A stretch of DNA of 64,000 nt from Macrostomum lignano (taxonomy: Eukaryota), in contig NIVC01001763.1 of the NCBI GenBank assembly GCA_002269645.1, positions 124,001-188,000 of the forward strand. Reading direction: 5' to 3'. The notes below the pieces were generated by a model that saw nothing but the letters and a program-made list of their open reading frames with translations, was not told the DNA's origin and ran no database searches. Positions 36,520-49,999 of this stretch are shown here, piece after piece (positions within the stretch are counted from its first letter, which is position 1; the number at the start of each line of letters is the position of its first letter). The position numbers and the translations under genes are program-made.

Positions 36520-38647
36520 ATGCAGCACTTTAGCACTAGCTGTTAGCACTAACTGCCTTCAGGAGTGACTAACCGCGACCAAACTCCTGCTGAACTGAGA
36601 AACTACTATTAGTCCTACCCAAAGTGTATTGCCAGCAATTTTTCCTCCGAATTGAACGTGCGTAGTGCTTTTAGAGGAACGACAAGCAAGTGCGTGCGGG
36701 GTCAGCCAGCCCCGGTAATCAACTGCGCGTTAAAGCAACGGCGCTTCTTCTGTCTTTCAAACATCTTTAAACGCCTTGCGTCTTTATGACGCCAGAGAAT
36801 GCAAAGAAGGTCGTGCTGGATCGTTGGAGCATTTGGTTGCCAGGGGGGGGGGCCCAAGGCAAGCCGCCGTCTCCAGGGGATCGGCGGGTGCCGGCCAGGA
36901 AAAAAAACTGCCCGAAGACAAATAAAAGCAACAGACGCGCATTCGAACCGCAGAAAAGCAAAGGTCACAGAGAGGAAGTAAAGCTCCGCTGGGAGTTGCC
37001 TCATTCTACTCGACAAAACCACTGCATGCAGTTGGTTTTCTGTCTGCTATTTAACGAAAAAGCAGCTTCTTTTTAACTTTCTATTTTTAACACGACATGC
37101 CGCGTGCAGTGAAGCCGTGGATGGAGGCATTAATCAGATAAATTATGCAACACAAAACAGTTTTTGAGCATGCAGACAGCAACATGACACCGCTCGCCGC
37201 TCCGTCTGTCTGTCTGTCTGCGACATTTGCCCGGCCCCCGGCGCGCACGCGGCTGAAAACTCTGTCATCATCCTCATCACATCATCATCACGTCTAAATA
37301 TTCGTTGAATGGCTGCAAGCATCAGTTTCTGTCTTCTATCGGTCGCGTGTTCGATTCCCAGGCCTGCCCATTCTGCCTTCGTCCCCCACCAGTGACACAC
37401 AAGCTGTGAGGGCTGGTAACCAAAAAACACACACGCGGGATTGAGTGGATGAAGCGACAGGGGGGGGGAGGTGAGGATAAGCGAGAAGCTGTTCAGCTCA
37501 CACGCTGCTCAGCTCAAATCGAGTTTAAACGGCGCCCACGCCTGCCTGACAAAGGAGAAAGTGGAGGAAAGGCCAAAACTAATTTACCGAACCTGTTGTC
37601 GAGGTGACCCCGCTTCTCCCTGTCTCTGTCGCAGATCTCCCCGCTCATCCGCTGTTCTGAGGAGCCGAGCACGAGGCGACACGCGCTCGAACTCTCCCGC
37701 TTTGCTTCTCTTGTTCCCCCCTCGATTTCATAGCTCTGCAGCTCATCGCGCTCTTAATAGAGGGCGGCCGCTTCAATGGGCTCTTGAACAGCTTTTGCTC
37801 AGCGGGGGGTCCTTGTGATATTCCAACACCCCATCAGCTCCACCCTCCCAGTTCAGTGTCGAACTTAGTCTGCTTGTTTATTTTCTTTCACAAGCGATAT
37901 AGGAGGGAGATTTTGTTGAAAAACTTTCTCCATCCAACAACGCTTCAAGGTTGAAGGTCTGGATTTTGATTCTGAAAGGCTCTTTAAAAACTGTGTATCA
38001 CTTTCGCTGGCTCGCCCTCAGCCGCGGTGACGCCATATGCCGGACGCGTGCCAGCCTGTTTGCTCTGCCACCGCCAGCCTGATTTGCTTTGACTGGCTGG
38101 CTGGATTGCACGATTGCGCAATCAGTCTACCACCTGCAGCAGACGCGCCCCGGGGGCAGCCATAAACACTTCAGGTAGCCAGTTCGGGAACTGATGAGGA
38201 ACAATCGGCGGAATCTGGAGTGTGGGTTTCACTCTCCGATACTCTCTGCACACTCAATTTCTACAATGAATGGAATGTTGCTGAAACAGTTTTAAACTGT
38301 TCCCGATAATTATACCTGCCCAAGCATGTAAAAATTTCTAAGCTTCAAACAATTAGTTAAAAAGCTCACTGACTTGATGTTTTGTTTGAAAAAAATCTCG
38401 CCCAGATGTCTCTCGTCAACTCCTTCGCGTGCACCGCTTCGGCGACTCGTGTTGAATTCGATTAACGACGCCCGGCTGTTTTTGTGCCTGTTGCTTCTTC
38501 TAAAAGCAAATTGGAATATTGGAATGCCTACAGCGTCAAAACATTGGTTCAGGGTCACTTTTTAAAATTACTAATTGGATTTTGAATTGATTCGTTGCTG
38601 GTGAAAGGGTTTTTTCACCTTTGTATTCAAATGCAAATTACAGTTAC

Positions 38648-39682
38648 CAGTACACTCACTGTCACACACCAGTACACTCACTGTCACACACCAGTACACC
38701 CACTGTCACACACCAGTACACCCACTGTCACACACCAGTACACCCACTGTCACACACCAGTACACCCACTGTCACACACCAGTACACCCACTGTCACACA
38801 CCAGTACACCCACTGTCACACACCAGTACACCCACTGTCACACACCAGTACACCCACTGTCACACACCAGTACACCCACTGTCACACACCAGTACACCCA
38901 CTGTCACACACCAGTACACCCACTGTCACACACCAGTACACCCACTGTCACACACCAGTACACTCACTGTCACACACCAGTACACTCACTGTCACACACC
39001 AGTACACCCTCTGTCACACACCAGTACACCCCACTGTGACACACCAGTACACCCCACTGTGACACACCAGTACACCCACTGTCACACCACCCACTGTCAC
39101 ACACCAGTACACCCACTGTCACACACCAGTACACTCACTGTCACACACCAGTACACCCACTGTCACACACCAGTACACCCACTGTCACACACCAGTACAC
39201 CCACTGTCACACACCAGTACACCCACTGTCACACACCAGTACACCCACTGTCACACACCAGTACACCCACTGTCACACACCAGTACACCCACTGTCACAC
39301 ACCAGTACACCCACTGTCACACACCAGTACACCCACTGTCACACACCAGTACACTCACTGTCACACACCAGTACACTCACTGTCACACACCAGTACACCC
39401 TCTGTCACACACCAGTACACCCCACTGTGACACACCAGTACACCCACTGTCACACACCAGTACACCCACTGTCACACACCAGTACACCCACTGTCACACA
39501 CCAGTACACTCACTGTCACACACCAGTACACCCTCTGTCACACACCAGTACACCCCACTGTGACACACCAGTACACCCACTGTCACACCACCCACTGTCA
39601 CACACCAGTACACCCACTGTCACACACCAGTACACCCTCTGTCACACACCAGTACACCCTCTGTCACACACCAGTACACACA
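38648..39682. repeat. 22-bp minisatellite (GTCACACACCAGTACACCCACT)n
   Basis: Tandem 22-bp units with duplicated variant blocks. Confidence 0.97.
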
Positions 39683-40589
39683 CATCTGATTCCTCTACAG
39701 CGGGTTGATTGCCTATCAGACGTGAATGCTCACTGATTGTCCTCAGCAAAAGGCTCACAAAGCAGATTAGACTCACAAGCCCAGCAGTTCGCTCAAGTGA
39801 GCAAACAACTCTTATTTGGGCAACTTTGCGCTTGAGAAGCTGAGGGGTGAGGGGTGATGTCTACTTGTCTGCTCATCCTTCGCTCCTTGCAAATCCCCTT
39901 CACTGCTGCACTGGGGGGGATTTTTCGCCCACTCTTGACATTTGATACTCCTGTGAGCTGTCTCGTCTTCATCTTGAGCTGCACTAGCTGCCCCCCTTTC
40001 CCCAGCTTCATTCTGTGCGGGGCTTGTCCGGGTCCTTCCCTCTTTGCGCCTACATCGAGGCAATGGAAGGCAAGGAGGACATTGTGAGAAAAAAATAAAG
40101 CAATACCTGACTAAGGATTGAGCCGATCGATGCAAGAAATCAATACATTTTTCGGGCGCAGGATCGATAAGCGAGACAAGAAAATGCAAATCATTTTGGA
40201 CAATAGGCAGTTGCTATGAAGAGAAATGTTATTGAATGTAATATATTTTGTTAAACTACAATACATATAGACACTAAACTGTTATGCTTTGCAGTCATTA
40301 GCAGAGCAGATTTTGTATAAATTTTCATTCTCTGGTTTACATGATTCGTTGTGAGATGCTGCACATGAGGCTTCAAGTTAAATTGTAGTTAATTTGTCTA
40401 TTTACACAGTTGCCAGAAGCAGAAATTTATGCTTTGTTGGAAAGAAAACTAAACAGACAAGTTAAAATATTAATAATAGTTTGTCCGCCTCTGAAGTTCT
40501 GAGATAAGCATGTAGAGAGAGAGAGCGGGACGGTGTTGGAACTTTCGGGATTTCTAGTCGTTATATGTGAAATTTTCTGTCTTGGTGAA

Positions 40590-41380
40590 GTTCAGAGCTG
40601 GTGAATGAAGTTTAGAGCTGGTGGATGAAGTTTAGAGCTGGTGGATGAAGTTTAGAGCTGGTGGATGAAGTTCAGAGCTGGTGAATGAAGTTTAGAGCTG
40701 GTGAATGAAGTTTAGAGCTGGTGAATGAAGTTTAGAGCTGGTGGATGAAGTTTAGAGCTGGTGAATGAAGTTTAGAGCTGGTGGATGAAGTTTAGAGCTG
40801 GTTAATGAAGTTTAGAGCTGGTGAATGAAGTTTAGAGCTGGTGAATGAAGTTTAGAGCTGGTGGATGAAGTTTAGAGCTGGTGGATGAAGTTTAGAGCTG
40901 GTGGATGAAGTTTAGAGCTGGTGGATGAAGTTTAGAGCTGGTGAATGAAGTTTAGAGCTGGTGAATGAAGTTTAGAGCTGGTGAATGAAGTTTAGAGCTG
41001 GTGGATGAAGTTTAGAGCTGGTTAATGAAGTTTAGAGCTGGTGAATGAAGTTTAGAGCTGGTGAATGAAGTTTAGAGCTGGTGGATGAAGTTTAGAGCTG
41101 GTGAATGAAGTTTAGAGCTGGTGGATGAAGTTTAGAGCTGGTGGATGAAGTTTAGAGCTGGTGGATGAAGTTTAGAGCTGATGAATGAAGTTTAGAGCTG
41201 GTGAATGAAGTTTAGAGCTGGTGAATGAAGTTTAGAGCTGGTGAATGAAGTTTAGAGCTGGTGAATGAAGTTTAAAGCTGGTGGATGAAGTTTAGAGCTG
41301 GTGAATGAAGTTTAGAGCTGGTGAATGAAGTTTACAGCTGGTGAATGAAGTTTAGAGCTGGTGGATGAAGTTTAGAGCGG
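40590..41380. repeat. 20-bp minisatellite (TTTAGAGCTGGTG[A/G]ATGAAG)n just downstream of the Six paralog B stop codon
   Basis: About 39 tandem units. Confidence 0.98.
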
Positions 41381-41546
41381 ATGAAAGCGACACCCATTAA
41401 GCAGTACAAAAGGGCTGCAGATGGCGCAGCCTGAAGTGAACAGAGGCAGCCATTTTCACAGTTGAACAATGGTGCACGAGAGGAGAAGAACATTTAAACC
41501 GCAACAGATATTCAAGACCGACAACAAAATTGCATTTTTCAAGCTG

Positions 41547-42273
41547 TCAAAAATCGCTGAGGTGCACGGGGTGCAGCATATGATGGTGATGGGGCTGGTG
41601 ATGATGGGCCTGATGATGAGGGTGGTGATGCTGACCTCCGGGCAGGAACTGTTCGATCCCGTGGTGCGCCCCGTTGCCAAAGGCGGACGCTGCGGCGGCT
41701 GCTGCGGCGGCGGCTGCGGCGGCGGCTGCTGCGGCCGCTCCAGCCGAAGTTGCCGACGAGTTCGGCGACTCCAAGCAGCCGCCGCTATCGGCCTTCTTGT
41801 AGCCGCTAGGCGACTCCGGCTCGCCGTAGGGATGATGATGATGATGCAGAAGATGCTGGGGATGCTGCTGCTGTTGCTGCAGATTCTTGGAATAGCAGTC
41901 AACTCCGCCGCCGCCGCTGCCGCTGCCCAGTCCGAGTTGCGAAGGACTCGGGCTGCTGAAGGAGCCGCTGATTGACAGGTTGGCGTTAGTTGAGCTGAGC
42001 TGGGGATGCTGGGAGTGCAGATGAAGCTGCTGATGCTGCGGAGGCGGCGGCTGGCCCATGAGGCCGTAATCCAGGTAGGCGGCAGCTGACTGGTGGTAGC
42101 CTGGGGGGCTGGCGGCCTCCTCGCTGCCTCCGCCATCACCGCCACATCCGCCGCCGCCTCCGCCGCCGCTTTCAGACGACCGGCTGTCGGCGCGTTTCAT
42201 GTCGGCCGACATGGAAGCCAGGCCGCCGCCTACGCCGCCACCTCCGGAGCCCAGCATGCTGCCCGCGTCCCTG
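41547..42273 (-). CDS. six1/2: Six1/2 paralog B, coding exon 2 (Gly/Ser/Ala/His/Gln low-complexity C-terminus)
   Basis: Acceptor ATTTCAG|CAG|G joins in frame to the phase-2 donor at 48848 (GG+C = Gly, then RDAGSMLGSGG...). 692 + 727 nt = 1419 nt = 472 aa plus TGA. Confidence 0.85.
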
Positions 42274-43194
42274 CTGAAATCGTGGACGGTTGGGTTGGGT
42301 GAGGAAGGCGCTGGTGGCCAGCTCCCGAGCCACAGAGAGACTGTACATGCCTGAGGATTAGGAAGTCAGGGCCGCTGTACACCCTCTGTGAGCGTGTGAA
42401 TGAGTGCCTGAGTTCTCTTAGAATTTCTTAGAAACTTTTTTCTTAGAAAGAACAGGCAAATGCAGGCGCAGGTGCTGCACTGGCTGGAAATTTCGAGGCT
42501 GCCTCGATCCACAACCCAGATACCAAACAGAATCCAAACTCTTTCCCGCCCCATCATAATCACCAGAAAATACCGTCAGCATCCGTTTAATCTGGCCTCT
42601 ATCTGCTTTCCTGCGCCCATCAATGCAGCAATGATTATTTGTGGTGGCCTGCCGCCCCCCCCCCCCCGGCCAGCAAAGGCGGAGGAGCTCCCGGAATTGA
42701 CCGGCCTGCCAATTTTTAACGGCTTCCCCAGGCCACTGGAATCCCCTTGGAATCCTTGGGATCAGCATAAACTGTGTCCCGCTACCGTAACTTATAGAGC
42801 TGAGAGACGCAGAGACCGGGTGCGGGGATAGATGGAGACGGAGATGAGGCGCGGAGGCTGGGGCGGAGCGAATGGAACACAAACAGAAGAGGCCCAGGTG
42901 ACGGCAGGCCACTGGGGCCACAAAAATACACAACTTGCGCCACCGTAGGGGCTTCGCGCTGTTTGCCCGCTTTCTCTTTCCCTTTCTCTCTTCTTTTGGC
43001 TTCCCGTATTTCCCTCCACGTCCCTCAAATCTGTGTGGTGCGGACAGGCCAAGAGAGCCGAGCTGACAGGTCTCCTTGCTGATCTTTTCCAATAAAAGAG
43101 CGCAACTTCATCCAGTGCTCGACTTTTTGTGTATCAGCAACTTCCTGTAGACTGCGCTGGGTGCTTTTCATTACTCGGGACTATTTTTTCTGAT

Positions 43195-43755
43195 ACTCAG
43201 ATCCCTCAGATCCCTCAGATCCCTCAGCTTCCTCAGATCCCTCAGATTACCTCAGATCCCTCAGATCCCTCAGATCCCTCAGATCTCTCAGATTACCTCA
43301 GATCTCTCAGATCCCTCAGATCCCTCAGATCTCTCAGATTACCTCAGATCTCTCAGATCCATCAGATCCCTCAGATCCCTCAGATCCCTCAGATCCCTCA
43401 GATCCCTCAGATCCCTCAGCTCCCTCAGCTTCCTCAGATCCCTCAGATTACCTCAGATCCCTCAGATCCCTCAGATCCCTCAGATCTCTCAGATTACCTC
43501 AGATCTCTCAGATCCATCAGATCCCTCAGCTCCCTCAGATCCCTCAGATCCCTCAGATCCCTCAGATCCCTCAGATCCCTCAGATCCCTCAGATCCCTCA
43601 GATCCCTCAGATCCCTCAGATCCCTCAGATCCCTCAGATCCCTCAGATCTCTCAGATTACCTCAGATCTCTCAGATTACCTCAGATCTCTCAGATTACCT
43701 CAGATCCTCAGATCCCTCAGATCCCTCAGATCCCTCAGCTCCCTCAGATCCTCAC
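43195..43755. repeat. 9-bp intronic minisatellite (CCTCAGATC)n
   Basis: Tandem 9-mers with TCAGATTAC and TCAGCTC variants. Confidence 0.96.
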
Positions 43756-44659
43756 AGCTAGTTCACACAGCCAGTCAGTTAACATTCGCGTTTAATATCC
43801 CAATTTAAGCTCCCGAAATCCATTAAAGAAGTTATAAATCAGCTGAGAAGTTGCTCCGACACCAGTAGTCCGGAAATGGTGGTGTTCAGGCGGGTTGGGG
43901 GTTTGGTTGGAGGACAATGTGTCAGGAAATAGCGGGACCAGCAAAGCAGAAGCGCCGCAGTCCCCCCCCCCTGTCTTTCGGTCCCTGTTTTCTCTCTCTA
44001 GAAAAAAATTGCGATAGGGAGTAACTGATGTCGGGTCTGCGCATTGCTGTGAGCTCAGGTTTCACTTCCGTGGCATCGCTGAGCCCCGCGCCACACAGCC
44101 TACGGCGCAGCAATCAGACTGAGGATCCCCTAGGAGAAGCCAGCCAACCGGGTCCGGGATCTGGGTCGCCTCTCTCGCTCTCTCACTTTCCTTCTCCTCC
44201 TCCCCTGTAAAGGTTTTGTCCTGAGATTGACCCGGACATTGGTTACCGCTGGGACCGTCCTCTGACTGCGTGCTGTTTGCTATTGTGTGCTGTTGTGTGT
44301 GCGCCTGTCAAGCTTTCTGACCTGATTTATGATCTGATTTATAGGTATTTCTCTTTCCAGCCTGCCTCATTCAGCCCTAAACAAAATCTAAATATTCAGA
44401 ATAACCTATGCTATGCGAAACAGGGTCAGTAACTGTGGCTTCTGAACAGGAGAAATTGGATTGAAGAAAATTGAATAATAGAGTGAAATATAGTGGCAGG
44501 AATAGAGGTGAAATGGAATACAATCAGTGAGATATATTGGCAGAAATAAAGATAGAATAGAATAGAATGAATGAGATACAATGGCAGAAAGAAAGATAGA
44601 ATTTAAAATAGAAATAGTGAGATAATAATCGTAGGAATAGAGATAGAATGAAATAGAAT

Positions 44660-45485
44660 CATTGAGATATAATGGCCGGAGAAGAGATAGAAGAGAATAG
44701 AATGAATGATAGATAATGGCCGGAGAAGAGATAGAATAGAATAGAATGAATGATAGATAATGGCCGGAGGAGAAATAGAAGAGAATAGAATGAATGATAG
44801 ATAATGGCCGGAGAAGAGATATAATAGAATAGAATGAATGATAGATAATGGCCGGAGGAGAAATAGAAGAGAATAGAATGAATGATAGATAATGGCCGGA
44901 GAAGAGATAGAATATAATAGAATGAATGATAGATAATGGCCGGAGAAGAGATAGAAGAGAATAGAATGAATGATAGATAATGGCCGGAGAAGAGATAGAA
45001 TAGAATAGAATGAATGATAGATAATGGCCGGAGGAGAAATAGAAGAGAATAGACTGAATGATATATAATGGCCGGAGGAGAGATAGAATAGAATAGACTG
45101 AATGATATATAATGGCCGGAGGAGAGATAGAATAGAATAGACTGAATGATATATAATGGCCGGAGGAGAGATAGAATAGAATAGACTGAATGATATATAA
45201 TGGCCGGAGGAGAGATAGAATAGAATAGACTGAATGATATATAATGGCCGGAGAAGAGATAGAAGAGAATAGACTGAATGATATATAATGGCCGGAGGAG
45301 AGATAGAATAGAATAGACTGAATGATAGATAATGGCCGGAGGAGAGATAGAATAGAATAGACTGAATGATATATAATGGCCGGAGGAGAGATAGAATAGA
45401 ATAGACTGAATGATAGATAATGGCCGGAGGAGAGATAGAATAGAATAGACTGAATGATAGATAATGGCCGGAGGAGAGATAGAAT
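44660..45485. repeat. 44-bp intronic minisatellite (GAATGATATATAATGGCCGGAGGAGAGATAGAATAGAATAGACT)n
   Basis: 44-bp period measured between copies at 45061 and 45105; degenerates leftwards. Confidence 0.96.
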
Positions 45486-46084
45486 ATGCATTACTAATAC
45501 TAAACTCGTTACTAATTATGGTCGGCCATCCAAGTAGTCGAAAAACGAACCAATGTGCCCAAAACAAAGAATTTCATAGTAAGTTTTCTACTCGCATATC
45601 AGATTTGTTATAAAAAGGCACTAATTTAAATAGCTAATTAAACAGTTTAATCACTTTAAACACTCTGATTGCTCCTACGCGGTTTCGGATGACCCCCCCC
45701 CCTACAACTCAGGCTACCCTCCCGGTGTCATCTTGCCGAGTTCAGCCGTGGGTCGGTTGCTCGATTTCAGCCTTATTAATGAGCTGCGGTAACCGCAAGC
45801 AACGGCTCGTAATATAAGAGAGCATTTTGACCACTTCGTGCCACTCTGCGCCAGGCAGAGAAACGGTTGGTGCCTTCAACACGCAGCTTTATTTATTGTA
45901 TAGAGTGACAGTCGGGACTGCGGCCTCGCTTGTGCCGGGTGGGGGCTGTTGGTTGATTAACATTTTTTCGTTAATATTGTAGCGCGCTTCCTTTTCTCCG
46001 ATTCACTCCATGCCACTACTTGATTCTGCTTTTCGTGCCGCTGCCTGCTTGTTTGGGGTCTTCATCCTGGCTTGAGACAGGCCT

Positions 46085-47955
46085 CTGGCTATCTCTTCCC
46101 TGTCTATCTCTCCCCTGTCTATCTCTCCCCTGTCTATCTCTCCCCTGTCTATCTCTCGCCTGTCTATCTCTCCCCTGTCTATCTCTCGCCTGTCTATCTC
46201 TCCCCTGTCTATCTCTCGCCTGTCTATCTCTCCCCTGTCTATCTCTCCCCTGTCTATCTCTCCCCTGTCTATCTCTCCCCTGTCTATCTCTCCCCTGTCT
46301 ATCTCTCCCCTGTCTATCTCTCCCCTGTCTATCTCTCCCCTGTCTATCTCTCCCCTGTCTATCTCTCCCCTGTCTATCTCTCCCCTGTCTATCTCTCCCC
46401 TGTCTATCTCTCCCCTGTCTATCTCTCCCCCTGTCTATCTCTTTTCCCTGTCTATCTCTCCCCTGTCTATCTCTCCCCCTGTCTATCTCTCGCCTGTCTA
46501 TCTCTCGCCTGTCTATCTCTCACTGTCTATCTCTCACTGTCTATCTCTCACTGTCTATCTCTCGCCTGTCTATCTCTTCCCTGTCTATCTCTCCCCTGTC
46601 TATGTCTCCCCTGTCTATCTCTCCCCTGTCTATCTCTCCCCTGTCTATCTCTCCCCTATCTATCTCTCCCCTGTCTATCTCTCCCCTGTCTATCTCTCCC
46701 CTGTCTATCTCTCCCCCTGTCTATCTCTTTTCCCTGTCTATCTCTCCCCTGTCTATCTCTCCCCCTGTCTATCTCTCGCCTGTCTATCTCTCGCCTGTCT
46801 ATCTCTCACTGTCTATCTCTCACTGTCTATCTCTCACTGTCTATCTCTCCCCTGTCTATCTCTCCCCTGTCTATATCTCCCCTGTCTATCTCTCCCCTGT
46901 CTATCTCTCCCCTGTCTATCTCTCCCCTGTCTATCTCTCGCCTGTCTATCTCTCCCCTGTCTATCTCTCGCCTGTCTATCTCTCCCCTGTCTATCTCTCC
47001 CCTGTCTATCTCTCCCCTGTCTATCTCTCCCCTGTCTATCTCTCCCCTGTCTATCTCTCCCCTGTCTATCTCTCCCCTGTCTATCTCTCCCCTGTCTATC
47101 TCTCCCCTGTCTATCTCTCCCCTGTCTATCTCTCCCCTGTCTATCTCTCCCCTGTCTATCTCTCCCCCTGTCTATCTCTTTTCCCTGTCTATCTCTCCCC
47201 TGTCTATCTCTCCCCCTGTCTATCTCTCGCCTGTCTATCTCTCGCCTGTCTATCTCTCACTGTCTATCTCTCACTGTCTATCTCTCACTGTCTATCTCTC
47301 GCCTGTCTATCTCTTCCCTGTCTATCTCTCCCCTGTCTATGTCTCCCCTGTCTATCTCTCTCCTGTCTATCTCTCCCCTGTCTATCTCTCCCCTATCTAT
47401 CTCTCCCCTGTCTATCTCTCCCCTGTCTATCTCTCCCCTGTCTATCTCTCCCCCTGTCTATCTCTTTTCCCTGTCTATCTCTCCCCTGTCTATCTCTCCC
47501 CCTGTCTATCTCTCGCCTGTCTATCTCTCGCCTGTCTATCTCTCACTGTCTATCTCTCACTGTCTATCTCTCACTGTCTATCTCTCCCCTGTCTATCTCT
47601 CCCCTGTCTATATCTCCCCTGTCTATCTCTCCCCTGTCTATCTCTCCCCTGTCTATCTCTCCCCTGTCTATCTCTCCCCTGTCTATCTCTCCACTGTCTA
47701 TCTCTCCACTGTCTATTTCTCCCCTGTCTATCTCTCCCCTGTCTATCTCTCCCCTATCTATCTCTCCCCTGTCTATCTCTCCACTGTCTATCTCTCCCCT
47801 GTCTATCTCTCCACTGTCTATCTCTCCCCTGACTATCTTTCCACTGTCTATCTCTCCCCTATCTATCTCTCCCCTGTCTATCTCTCTCCTGTCTATCTCT
47901 CCACTGTCTATCTCTCCCCTGTCTATCTCTCCCCTGTCTATCTCTCCCCTGTATT
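46085..47955. repeat. 15-bp intronic minisatellite (CTGTCTATCTCTCCC)n with higher-order blocks
   Basis: 5-aa periodic ORFs; a variant block recurs four times. Confidence 0.98.
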
Positions 47956-48599
47956 TTTCTCCTTGGGATTCTCCACTGATGCAATTTCTGGGTTGTCTTA
48001 ATCTTCTAGTGCATTCTCACCTCTTCCACTCGTACAAGCAAAGTTATATGAAGAAAATATTGGGCAATAGATGAAGGCAAGCAAATAAACAAATGAATAT
48101 TTAATTGTTGCAACGAAAAATTGAGGCAGAAATTCTGCTTTCAGAAGCGACAAGAACGAGCGGAGAAATGGAGAAGTCGCATTAACATTATTATAACCAA
48201 AAGAAATAAGTTTGCTACAAAAAAATCTTAGGCGCTACTAAGCTGCCGCTGGAGCAACTGTAACCGATTGAGAAAGTAAACGGGAAGGCGTTAGTGAAAC
48301 AGAAAACACATGAAAGTAATGGCGCGGCAAAAGCGACATTTGTTATACTTGCTTGCCATGCCGATTTAAGCCGTTTGTTATACAGGGGGGGGGGGCGTAT
48401 GAAATATTTGCAACATAAATTTTACCGGTTCATCTCAGCAATTTCCTACTCTCTCTCTCTCACTCGCTTTTTCTTTTGGCACCGTAGCCAATTTGCTATT
48501 TAAAACCTTCAATTTTCTTTATTGAATATTCAACTATTGTTCACATCTCAAAGTGCAAATGTTATAGGGACTGAGAGAATGGGAATGAAGAAACGGAGA

Positions 48600-48805
48600 T
48601 GAGGGGAGAGAGCGGGAATGAACAGAGGGTTTGGAGCGGGAATGAACAGACGGGAGAGAGCGGGAATGAACAGAGGGTTTGGAGCGGGAATGAACAGACG
48701 GGAGAGAGCGGGAATGAACAGACGGGAGGGAGCGGGAATGAACAGACGGGAGAGAGTGGGAATGGGAATGAACAGACGGTTGGGAGCGGGAATGAACAGA
48801 CGGGT
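48600..48805. repeat. Short intronic repeat (GAGCGGGAATGAACAGA..)
   Basis: About 7 units of 24-27 bp next to the donor of paralog B. Confidence 0.85.
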
Positions 48806-48848
48806 GGACAGACAGAGACATGAGAGCCCACAAGGATCCCCAACTCAC

Positions 48849-49540
48849 CCGTCCTTCACGTCACTCGCCCGGTCCCGCTGTCTCCGGTTCTTGAACCAGT
48901 TGGACACCTGGGTGGTGGTGAGGCCGGTTGCCTCGGCCAGCTCTCGCTTCTCCCTCGGTGACGGGTAGGGGTTGTGCGTGTACCACTCGCGCAGCACATT
49001 TCTGGACTTCTCCTTGAAGCAGTAGGAGGTCTCCTCGCCGTCCCAGATGGTCCGGGGCAGCGGGAACTTCTTGCGGACTCGGTACTTGCCTACAGCTCCG
49101 AGGGGCCGGCCGCGCAGCTTCTCAGCCTCGATGTAGTGCGCCTTGAGCCACAGCTCCTGCAGCCTGGCGTGGTTCTGAGGCGCGAAGCTGTAGCTCTCCA
49201 CCAGCCTGTAGAGCTCCTTGAAGTTGCCCCTGTGGAAGGCCACCATGGCCTTGGCTTTGATGACGCTCTCATTCTTGTGCAGCTGGTCGCACTGCGGCAG
49301 CGACCAGAGAAATCTGGCCAGACGGTCGACGCTGCCGCTCTGTTGAAGAACTTCGCAAACGCAGGCGACCTGCTCCTGGGTGAAGCCGAAGGATCCGCCA
49401 GAGCCCAGAGACAGTTGATGTTGCTGCTGCTGCTGCTGCTGCTGCTGCGGTGGCTGACTCGGCGGTGGCGGCGGTGGAGGCGGTGGCGGCTGCTGCTGAT
49501 GGTGGTAGGGCACCGCAGGTCCAGCGAACTCCTGTATCAT
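48849..49540 (-). CDS. six1/2: Six1/2 (sine oculis) paralog B, coding exon 1 (Six domain + homeodomain)
   Basis: [19 protein letters not shown]...[33 protein letters not shown]...[11 protein letters not shown]; ETSY motif; donor GAC GG|GTGAGT in phase 2. Confidence 0.97.
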
Positions 49541-49642
49541 TATTCCACCTGTGCACCGGCCAGACAGACAACCCTAGTTGCTATTGTCAAGCACCGAGAG
49601 GATAAGATTACCTGGTCTAAGCCTGAGGATCGAGAGAGCGGC

Positions 49643-49842
49643 TGTCTCGAGTTTCAAAGCGAAGGCTATCAGGTTTGTTTGCAAGGCTTTTCAATGGCCG
49701 GCGTAAGCGCTTGGATTTTAAAAGTTTTTGCTCTTCGCGCTCGGGACCGGAGGTTGGTGGGAGAGGGGCGGCTCCGCTGCAGGAGAAAGAAATGGAGAGG
49801 AGAGAGCGAAAGGGATTGGCTGATAGAGAGCTGATTGGCTGG
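49643..49842 (-). promoter_or_regulatory. Putative promoter or 5' regulatory region of Six paralog B
   Basis: TGTCTCGAGTTTC (49643-49655) and CTATCAGGTTT (49666-49676) are SIX-like motifs; ATTGG boxes at about 49815 and CTGATTGGCTGG at 49831-49842. Confidence 0.5.
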
Positions 49843-49999
49843 GGGCAGGGGACGCCACAGTTTGCGAAGCAGCACTACAGGAAGGAAAGCTCCATTGCTT
49901 TGAGGGAGGGAGAAAGATGGCAGATATTGCAGTTTGATTTAATGCTGAAGCAAAAAGATTACACTGCACCATTTGAGTGAAGAGGCGAGAGAGTCGTGA

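Noticed and set aside
37349-37358. B-box GTTCGATTCC
   Set aside because: No A box, cloverleaf or TSD nearby.
46020-48074. 684-aa and 586-aa ORFs in the Six B intron
   Set aside because: Translations of the 15-bp array.
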